Assembly: GCA_016176525.1 (NCBI GenBank)
Contig: JACOWZ010000003.1
Span: 537,925-601,924, forward strand
Length of the DNA: 64,000 bases
Direction: 5' to 3'
Source of the DNA: Candidatus Colwellbacteria bacterium
GTDB taxonomy: Bacteria > Patescibacteriota > Minisyncoccia > UBA6257 > Colwellbacteraceae
The notes under the pieces are model-generated. The model did not search any database, had not been told where the DNA came from, and saw nothing but the letters and a program-made list of their open reading frames with translations. Within the stretch, counting starts at the first letter, position 1. Every line of letters starts with the position of its first letter. The position numbers and the translations under genes were made by a program. Below, piece after piece: positions 1-6,818 of this stretch.

Positions 1-1121
1 TCTTTGGCTTGTTTTTCCAAGATTTCAATGCGGTGTTCCCTTTGAGCAAGTGTTGTAACTTCCAGTCCTTTATAAATAAGGTCGGCGCGTTTTGATCTAT
101 CTTTATCATCTTCGTGTCTCATATGGTAGAAAGCGCTTTTAGATTTGTGATAATCGGTAATAAATACAAAATCGTGATTATGTTCTCGGCTAACATATTC
201 AGATATTTTTTTCTCTTCTTCAGGAGACAAATCGTGCTCCTCTCCCGATGGCATATTCTCCTTAGCAAGAATTTTCTTTGCATCAACCATTGCAATTCTT
301 GGAAACGGTTTGGCAGGTATTCCAAGATTTAATTCCGGGAATTCTTTTGCAACAGCCTTAAACCCTTCTATTATCATACCTTCTTCGGCATCCATAAGGT
401 CGTGGTGCGAATCTATGTAGGCCATCTCAAAATCCCAACCGGTAAATTCTGTCATATGCCTGGTGGTAAAAGACGGTTCTGCGCGGAATACAGGCCCAAT
501 CATAAAAACTCTTTCAAGGCCTGCTGCCATAGCCATTTGCTTATAGAACTGCGGCGATTGGGCAAGATATGCCTTGCGGTCAAAATACTTTACTTCAAAA
601 ACTTCGGCCCCGCTTTCGCTTGCGGTGTTCATTAAAGACGGCGTATATATTTGAATAAAATTGTTTTTTAAAAAATAATCTCTTATGCCCTTCTCAAATT
701 CTGTCCAAACCCTAAAGATTTTTGCCTTTTCCGGCTTACGAAGATCTAACCAGCGATAGTCAAGCCTTTTGGGCGCTTCTGCCTCTTCTTGCTTACCCTT
801 CTCTATTATCGGGATAGGCAATTCGGCGTTTGATAAAGAAAGTATCTTTATCTTCTCGGCTGATACCTCAAATCCGCCCGGCGCTTGCTTTTCTTCTTTC
901 GCCAGGCCCTCTATTTCAACAACTGACTCGTGTGTAAGCCCATCGGCAACCGCCATAGCCTCCTTATTCTTTTTGTGGACTACAATCTGGATAATTCCAG
1001 TTATATCGCGAAGAACAATAAATTTAATATTACCCTGGTCGCGGATAATCTGGGCAAAACCGTCTACTTTTACCTTTTTCCCAATATAGTCTTTTATATC
1101 TGAAACATAAACTCGCCGCAT
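1..1121 (-). CDS. aspS: Aspartate--tRNA ligase, archaeal/eukaryotic type 2 (AspRS or non-discriminating Asp/AsnRS). Partial: the 3' end lies beyond the left edge of the window.
   Basis: Minus-strand translation by eye from the ATG at 1119-1121 gives MRRVYVSDIKDYIGKKVKVDGF...QSPQFYKQMAMAAGLERVFMIGPVFRAEPSFTTRHMTEFTGWDFEMAY. This shows an OB-fold N-terminus and class II aaRS motif 2 (FRAE). The QSPQxYKQ and TTRH signatures fit archaeal-type AspRS. It is absent from the ORF track, probably because no stop codon falls inside the window. Confidence 0.6.
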   Translation of the reverse strand, partial: MRRVYVSDIKDYIGKKVKVDGFAQIIRDQGNIKFIVLRDITGIIQIVVHKKNKEAMAVADGLTHESVVEIEGLAKEEKQAPGGFEVSAEKIKILSLSNAELPIPIIEKGKQEEAEAPKRLDYRWLDLRKPEKAKIFRVWTEFEKGIRDYFLKNNFIQIYTPSLMNTASESGAEVFEVKYFDRKAYLAQSPQFYKQMAMAAGLERVFMIGPVFRAEPSFTTRHMTEFTGWDFEMAYIDSHHDLMDAEEGMIIEGFKAVAKEFPELNLGIPAKPFPRIAMVDAKKILAKENMPSGEEHDLSPEEEKKISEYVSREHNHDFVFITDYHKSKSAFYHMRHEDDKDRSKRADLIYKGLEVTTLAQREHRIEILEKQAK

Positions 1122-1174
1122 AATTGGTAATAATATACGAGTTTATGATAAACGTAAAATAAAAACCGCGGTCG

Positions 1175-1528
1175 TTATAACTGCGGCTCCTTAAGAATAC
1201 TGATTCGTACAATCTGGTGTGTTTCTGGATAATACCAGAAAAGCATACTCCCCTGCGGCATGATTTTTTTGTAAAGGTCCTGCAGATTCTCTTCTGGGTT
1301 AGCGAGAATCGTGTAGTTGCCGACACCGTTTTGTTTTGTGTCGAGTTTAAGGTAGATGCTATCGTCGGGAGTGCCTTCTGTGAAATCATTGCCCTTATCG
1401 TAAGTTCTGCTAACGATAATGGCGGCATCTTGTTCGTAATTCGTTCCTTCGTTGACGAAGGTTACAAACCCAACAAGTGTTACAGTAACTGCGACAAAAA
1501 TCGCTCCAAATAGTTCTCTGCCAAACAC
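1175..1528 (-). CDS. Small membrane-anchored hypothetical protein with one N-terminal TM helix
   Basis: 117-aa ORF. It has a hydrophobic N-terminal stretch AIFVAVTVTLVGFVTFV. I recognise no other motif. Confidence 0.3.
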   Translation of the reverse strand: MFGRELFGAIFVAVTVTLVGFVTFVNEGTNYEQDAAIIVSRTYDKGNDFTEGTPDDSIYLKLDTKQNGVGNYTILANPEENLQDLYKKIMPQGSMLFWYYPETHQIVRISILKEPQL

Positions 1529-1576
1529 TTAGCCACCTCTGCAGAAAATTATAGGCTATTTAAGCACTCTTATCAA

Positions 1577-2641
1577 CTAAATAATTATGCCACCGCCAAG
1601 AAGCTCACCGTTTTTACTGTAGAAAACTGCAGACTGGCCAGGAGCAATGAATTTGATAGGTTTATCAAATTCTAGTTTATAGTTTGTAGTTGGTAGTTTG
1701 TAGATTGTTGCTTTGACAACCGGCTGGCGATAGCGAACGCGTGCAAGAACAGATATTGGAGATTTGAGATTTGATACTGGAGATACGAGATTCACATTTG
1801 TTAATTCAACTTCTTTGCGATACAAAGCTTCGTTATTTTCACCTTCGGCAATGACTATAGTGTTTGCTTTAACATCGCGCTCTGCTACATATGTTGGGCT
1901 TTTAAATCCACCTATACCCAAACCATGTCTTTGGCCAATGGTGTAGAAATATGCGCCGTCGTGGCGGCCAATAGAAACGCCCTCGGTGTTCAACACCGTT
2001 CCTTCATGTTTTGGTAAATATTCACCCAAAAAGTCTTTTAAGGTCACTTGGCCTATAAAGCAGATGCCTTGTGAATCTTTCTTATCAAAATTAGGTAGAC
2101 CTACTTTCTTAGCGATTGCGCGAACCTGTTTCTTTGTATAGTCGCCTATCGGGAAGAGAGAATGTTTTAGCTGATCTTGCATAAGAGTCCATAAGAAATA
2201 AGATTGATCTTTCTGCGTGTCTCGCGCAGAAAGCAATTTTAAATTTGAAATTTTAAATTTTAAATTCCGCTGCAAGCGGACGTAATGTCCAGTTGCTACA
2301 TAATCTGCTCCTAACTCCAGTGCTTTTTTTAAAAATATCCCGAATTTTATTTCTTTATTGCACATAACATCCGGGTTTGGGGTAATACCCTTCTTGTATC
2401 CGTCTATCATATAGTCAACAACAGCTTTCTTATATTCTTTCTCCAAATTCAGTACATAAAAAGGAATATCTAAGTGCTCTGCCGCGCGGCGGGCCATTTC
2501 TGCCTCTTTTTCGTCACATCCGTTTACATTCCAGCAACGCAAATGCACGCCCACGACATCGTAGTTTTGTTTCTTCAATAAATATGCGGCCACGGAAGAA
2601 TCCACTCCTCCCGAGAGCCCTACAAACACTTTCTTCTTCAT
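1577..2641 (-). CDS. mnmA: tRNA-specific 2-thiouridylase MnmA
   Basis: PP-loop motif SGGVDSS near the N-terminus. It has the conserved Cys residues and a C-terminal domain typical of MnmA/TrmU. The length of 354 aa fits. Confidence 0.9.
   Translation of the reverse strand: MKKKVFVGLSGGVDSSVAAYLLKKQNYDVVGVHLRCWNVNGCDEKEAEMARRAAEHLDIPFYVLNLEKEYKKAVVDYMIDGYKKGITPNPDVMCNKEIKFGIFLKKALELGADYVATGHYVRLQRNLKFKISNLKLLSARDTQKDQSYFLWTLMQDQLKHSLFPIGDYTKKQVRAIAKKVGLPNFDKKDSQGICFIGQVTLKDFLGEYLPKHEGTVLNTEGVSIGRHDGAYFYTIGQRHGLGIGGFKSPTYVAERDVKANTIVIAEGENNEALYRKEVELTNVNLVSPVSNLKSPISVLARVRYRQPVVKATIYKLPTTNYKLEFDKPIKFIAPGQSAVFYSKNGELLGGGIII
1672..1707. repeat. TAGTTT(T/G)TAGTT repeat family, copy A (CTAGTTTATAGTTTGTAGTTGGTAGTTTGTAGATTG). 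It lies inside mnmA.
   Basis: 29 of 31 positions are identical to copy C at 62175-62205. On the minus strand it encodes IYKLPTTNYKLEF. Confidence 0.65.
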
Positions 2642-2657
2642 AGCGCTATCCTAATAT

Positions 2658-3176
2658 TTAGCGCACCCATTTGCAACCTGTTCTATTTTGTTTTGCTTGC
2701 TGTTCTGCTAGGGCAATTTCTTGCCTATATTTTGTGTTTGGTTGGTAGAATAGGGCTATAGCCATGCCTTCCTCGACAAGTTTTAGGTTAATATTCGCAT
2801 CCCCCACAAAAATGTAGCGCAAAAACCTGCCATATTGGTCGCTGTCTTCAATATCGCTTTCCAAGTGCACTTGCTTCATTAAAACCAATTCTTCTAGTCT
2901 AGTTTTTGCCGCATCGTAGCATATATGCCCGCGCTCGTCTGCATCAATGCCAAGCAGGCGCACCGAGTTGCCACTCTCTATAACAACAGTGTCGCCGTCT
3001 ATAACTTTGGTCACAACCGCTTCACTACTGATTTCGTTTATTGCTTCTTTATCAGTCTCACCGCCAAGGTAAATTTGTAAATTAGCATTGCCGGAGATAA
3101 CAATAGCCACACTGATTAAGAGCCCTACAATAACAATGCCGATTAATATTTGATACCTCTCAAAAAAGCTTTTCAC
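2658..3176 (-). CDS. Membrane-anchored thermonuclease (SNase-like) family protein
   Basis: N-terminal TM helix followed by an SNc-type motif LLGIDADERG (compare RLxGIDAPE). The length of 172 aa fits staphylococcal-nuclease-like proteins. Confidence 0.6.
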   Translation of the reverse strand: MKSFFERYQILIGIVIVGLLISVAIVISGNANLQIYLGGETDKEAINEISSEAVVTKVIDGDTVVIESGNSVRLLGIDADERGHICYDAAKTRLEELVLMKQVHLESDIEDSDQYGRFLRYIFVGDANINLKLVEEGMAIALFYQPNTKYRQEIALAEQQAKQNRTGCKWVR

Positions 3177-4204
3177 TCGTCGTCCTCGTCGTCGTCACTT
3201 TCTTCCTCATTTTCATCTTCGTCATCCTCATCCTCATCGTCCTTATCTTCATCATCCTTATCTTCGTCGTCTTCATCTTCTGCTTCGTCAATAATATTCT
3301 TAACCTTCTCGAACGAATCATCTGCTTCTTTTGCCAAACGTTCGGCTTCTTCAAAATCGCCGGCATTAAAGGCAGTTTTGGCCTGGGCTATTAAACTATC
3401 GAATTCCATAAATGAATCTGCTGCAAGCTCAACGCCTTCGGCTTTTGCTTCTTCAATCAACTCCTGCTTTTCATCTTGAGCCTCGCTAATCTCTTCTTCT
3501 GCGTCACTCCTTGCGTCTTCCTCGTCCATCTCCATGTCTTCTTCTAAATCATCATCATCAAGATCATCCTCCAGCTTATCTTTTTCGGCTTCAAGCGCAT
3601 CTATTGTTTTATCTTTTAACTCTTCGGCGGCATCTTTTTCTGCTTCAATTGCTTCTAATTCTGCTTTAAGTGTTTCTATAAGTTCGGCATCTCCTGCCTC
3701 TTTCGCGGCTTTAATTTGCTCTTTTAACTCGTCTTTTTGGATGTGGAACTCATCAAGTGCGGTTTCAAATACAGCCTTTGCTTCTTCTCTTTTTTGGTGA
3801 AACTCTTGGTTAATCTCATTTGCAAACTCGCTAACATCTTTGCCTTTTTGCTTCTCTTTTTCAACAATATCTGCAGCGCGCTTTAGGTGAACTTCGAAGC
3901 GCTCTTTTGCTTGGTCTAACCCTTTGGCATTTGCACCCTTGGTCTCTATCATCAGCTTTACCTCGGCCACGCGTTCGGCAGCAAACTTAATTTGCAGCTT
4001 TGCCTTGCCTTCGGCGCCGAATGTAAAAAACTCTCTAACTGATTCGGCCCACTTATCTAAGAAATAAAACAGGCTCTCCGGTGTTAGCCCAGCAGCCGGC
4101 AATTCTAAGTCGGCTTCTTGTGCGTAAACCGCAGATGCGCCCCCGACCAGGGCCAAACCGACCAAAACCGAAATAAGTATTTTTTTCATGTTTATATTAT
4201 ACAC
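3173..4204 (-). CDS. Secreted coiled-coil protein with a poly-acidic (D/E-rich) C-terminal tail
   Basis: Signal-peptide-like N-terminus MKKILISVLVGLALVGGASAVYAQ. The body is a long K/E-rich heptad-like region. The C-terminus is DEDDEDKDDEDKDDEDEDDEDENEEESDDDEDDE. The antisense poly-Ser ORF at 3150-3479 is an artefact of this repeat. Confidence 0.5.
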   Translation of the reverse strand: MYNINMKKILISVLVGLALVGGASAVYAQEADLELPAAGLTPESLFYFLDKWAESVREFFTFGAEGKAKLQIKFAAERVAEVKLMIETKGANAKGLDQAKERFEVHLKRAADIVEKEKQKGKDVSEFANEINQEFHQKREEAKAVFETALDEFHIQKDELKEQIKAAKEAGDAELIETLKAELEAIEAEKDAAEELKDKTIDALEAEKDKLEDDLDDDDLEEDMEMDEEDARSDAEEEISEAQDEKQELIEEAKAEGVELAADSFMEFDSLIAQAKTAFNAGDFEEAERLAKEADDSFEKVKNIIDEAEDEDDEDKDDEDKDDEDEDDEDENEEESDDDEDDE

Positions 4205-4269
4205 TATTTCGAAAGGCCGTATTGATTTTCTGCTATGTTTGGGCTAACTTGTAGCCAGGAGAGTTCCTA

Positions 4270-4866
4270 ATGAAAACAGCGCTAATCTCCGTATACCATA
4301 AAGACGGCATTGTGGAGTTTGCAAGACGCCTCTTGAAAATTGGCGACTGGGAAATCCTTGCCTCTGGAGGCACAGCAAAGCACCTTGAAAACGCAGGAAT
4401 ACCAGTAGAAGATGTAGCAACACTAGTTGGCAAGCCGATACTCGGCCACCGCGTTGTCACTCTATCGCGAGAGATTCATGCGGCGCTTCTTGCGCGAGAT
4501 ACCCCAGAAGATCAGGCAGAACTTGACCGAATAGGCGTGCCGCGCATTGACCTAGTTTGCGTTGATCTCTATCCGCTAGAGGCCGCGATCAAAGAAGGCA
4601 AATCTGCCGAAGAAGTGCAAGAATTGACTGACATCGGCGGACCAACCCTTCTGCGCTCTGCCGCAAAAGGCAGGCGGCTCGTAATAGCAGAACCGCATGT
4701 ACGAGAAACTGTTCTGCAATGGCTCAAAAACGGGCGTCCTCACAATCATAAGGAATTCTGCCGAGCCCTCGCGGCAAAAGCCGAAGCTACTGTAGCGCAT
4801 TACTGCCTAACTTCGGCAGCGTACTTGGAAAAGAAGGTAGTAACTCTGCAACGATACAATACCTGA
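4270..4866 (+). CDS. Standalone PurH N-terminal-like domain (MGS-like / IMP cyclohydrolase domain). It lacks the AICAR transformylase domain.
   Basis: ALISVYHKDGIVEFARRLLKIGDWEILASGGTAKHLENAGIPVEDV...VVTLSREIHAALLAR...IDLVCVDLYPLEA aligns well with the PurH N-terminus (LLSVSDKAGIVEFA...LLSTGGTA...VVVNLYPF). The protein is only 198 aa. Its GC content is higher than that of its neighbours. Confidence 0.6.
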   Translation: MKTALISVYHKDGIVEFARRLLKIGDWEILASGGTAKHLENAGIPVEDVATLVGKPILGHRVVTLSREIHAALLARDTPEDQAELDRIGVPRIDLVCVDLYPLEAAIKEGKSAEEVQELTDIGGPTLLRSAAKGRRLVIAEPHVRETVLQWLKNGRPHNHKEFCRALAAKAEATVAHYCLTSAAYLEKKVVTLQRYNT

Positions 4867-5411
4867 CCGCACCCTAGCGGTCTTTTTTTATTCTCTTTTT
4901 CTAACTTTTCTAAAATAGTTTTCAAATTGCCAGATATAAAAACAAGATTGTCAGGTTCTTTAAATCCCAGCTTCTTGTACCAATTTAGTGAATAAGAATC
5001 CTTAAAGGTTGTTGCTTCGAAATATTTTGCATCATATTTATCTATAGCCTCTTGATATAGCGTCTTGGATAACTGCACTCCTACTCCCTTACCCTGATAA
5101 TCAGGCGCTACAAATATTTCGCCATCGTACAGACAATTACCGTTCCACCACGGTTTTACTGCTGTAAAAAATGCTCCAACTATTTTGCCATCATCTTCAG
5201 CTAGAAAATCTAATTTATTCTTTCTATCAAACCAGTATTTTAATAATTTGTGTGCTGATTTTTCAGTCCACTTCTCGCCAACATCATGTCTTTTTGGGTC
5301 ATAGACCTCACAATATAACTTTGCTAACAAATTTAAGTCACCTTCTTTTACGCGTCTTATTGATACTTTATTATTCTTCATGCGGACTTTTTTGCTATTT
5401 CTTCTCGCCAC
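4800..5411 (-). CDS. GNAT-family N-acetyltransferase
   Basis: Motif A-like QGKGVGVQLSKTLYQEA and the general layout of a GNAT fold. 203 aa. Confidence 0.55.
   Translation of the reverse strand: MARRNSKKVRMKNNKVSIRRVKEGDLNLLAKLYCEVYDPKRHDVGEKWTEKSAHKLLKYWFDRKNKLDFLAEDDGKIVGAFFTAVKPWWNGNCLYDGEIFVAPDYQGKGVGVQLSKTLYQEAIDKYDAKYFEATTFKDSYSLNWYKKLGFKEPDNLVFISGNLKTILEKLEKENKKRPLGCGQVLYRCRVTTFFSKYAAEVRQ
4865..4890 (+). terminator. Rho-independent terminator. Hairpin GACCGCACCCTAGCGGTC followed by a T7 run.
   Basis: Perfect 6-bp GC-rich stem and a T-run immediately after the stop of the 4270-4866 ORF. Confidence 0.55.
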
Positions 5412-5935
5412 TTGATTAATTTGTATTGATCAACAAGTTCAATCGGCTTATCTTCTGAAAACCTTTCTGCCTCTAGAGTGAATTTGTTAGTAGTAATAAA
5501 GTATCCTTTTCCGTTTGTAATCTTACCAGCAATCGCGCCATAAAAATCTCTCATGGCTCCAACCCCAACCTCTTGAATAATAAATTTCTTGCACTGTATA
5601 TAGTGCTTAATCCCGTCTTTTTCTGCTATAACATCTATTCCTCCATCATAAGGGCCTCCGACTGATTCGGTTCTAAATCCCATTTCTCTAAACATCCAAG
5701 CAATATAATCTTCAAATTCCTTAGGTGAGTATCTACGGATCTTATTGATATAGTCCTTACCTGAAAGCCATTTCTCGTTTTTCGCAAATCTTCCTTGCTT
5801 TAATAAATTAGGCAAAACACTGTATATAAAGATGCGGGAGGCAATTACAATTAATAAAATTATCCAAATCGGCCAAAGTTTCCATAATAACACTAATACA
5901 TCTTTCAATATCTGTAACCAAAAATTATCTAGCAT
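5378..5935 (-). CDS. Membrane-anchored Mrr-cat restriction endonuclease-like protein
   Basis: N-terminal TM segment. Then DGGIDVIAEK...IQCKKF, which matches the Mrr_cat (PD-(D/E)xK) catalytic signature D-x-D...QCK. Confidence 0.55.
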   Translation of the reverse strand: MLDNFWLQILKDVLVLLWKLWPIWIILLIVIASRIFIYSVLPNLLKQGRFAKNEKWLSGKDYINKIRRYSPKEFEDYIAWMFREMGFRTESVGGPYDGGIDVIAEKDGIKHYIQCKKFIIQEVGVGAMRDFYGAIAGKITNGKGYFITTNKFTLEAERFSEDKPIELVDQYKLIKWREEIAKKSA

Positions 5936-6038
5936 AAATTTATTATATCACCCTATACAAAAACGCGCTTTTTCAAGCGCGTTTCGAGACTGTTTAGTAG
6001 ATTTAAAAAATCTTCCTGGTTGCATATATGTAATGATA

Positions 6039-6755
6039 TTAAATGTTTTTAATATAATGAATGATTACTGATATAAACCTAGATAATTTTGATGCTGAAT
6101 CAAAGAATAATGTTATCAAAGAAATAAAAACAATAATGACAATGTTTAATAATTGACTTGGTTGTAGACCAAAAACAGCAGTCACCATAAAATAGGACGC
6201 TAAAACAAAAAGAAACAGTGAAATTTCTCCTGAATAATCCATAGCTTTCTTAAACCTTGATTTTCTTTCTTCGGATAATTTCTTGTTTTCTTCCCTCAAC
6301 TTATCAGTGCTAGCTAAGTTACTTAGTCGTTGGAAGTATTCTTTTGTAGCCTCATAAGAGTTATCAAATTTCTCTCCTCTTCCTATTCTTCCAAAATATT
6401 CGTCCAAAAGATTCAGTCTTTCTTCTAGGGCTAAATTGTATTCATCTTGCATTTTTTGTAGGTTGTTAGATTCGTTATCTAACTTCTCTCTTACAATTAG
6501 CAAATTAAAAATTATTACTATAATATTCAAAACTAACCCTATGAAAAAATAATTATTGTTTGGAATATCAATAATCGACGATAACCCCAGCACTGCTCCA
6601 GAAAGTATCGTTACATGCTTGAAAAATCCCCATTTTTGCTCAGCTATTTTAATCTGAGTATCCTTAAAATCTTTATTCAAATCATTACGTAACCGAATAG
6701 CATCTTTTCTTTCTTTCGCTATTAGATCTATAAAGCGTTGCTGTTCTAAATTCAT
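6039..6755 (-). CDS. Hypothetical protein with a coiled-coil N-terminal half and a C-terminal multi-TM region
   Basis: 238 aa. Residues 1-150 are K/E/L-rich. The C-terminal 80 aa are hydrophobic. I recognise no catalytic motif. Confidence 0.35.
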   Translation of the reverse strand: MNLEQQRFIDLIAKERKDAIRLRNDLNKDFKDTQIKIAEQKWGFFKHVTILSGAVLGLSSIIDIPNNNYFFIGLVLNIIVIIFNLLIVREKLDNESNNLQKMQDEYNLALEERLNLLDEYFGRIGRGEKFDNSYEATKEYFQRLSNLASTDKLREENKKLSEERKSRFKKAMDYSGEISLFLFVLASYFMVTAVFGLQPSQLLNIVIIVFISLITLFFDSASKLSRFISVIIHYIKNI

Positions 6756-6818
6756 AAATTTATTCTCCTAATTTTTTTTTATTGGGTAGTTATTTTATTT
6801 TCTGTTTGCCTTACTATG

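Noticed and set aside
2225-2270. AATTTTAAATTTGAAATTTTAAATTTTAAATT stretch inside mnmA as a third repeat family
   Set aside because: It occurs only once in the window. It codes a plausible K/N/L-rich loop (RNLKFKISNLKLL) and may simply be AT-rich low-complexity coding sequence.
3150-3800. Plus-strand poly-Ser ORFs (3150-3479, 3534-3800)
   Set aside because: They are antisense artefacts of the GAN/GAR-rich repeat that encodes the acidic coiled-coil protein on the minus strand.
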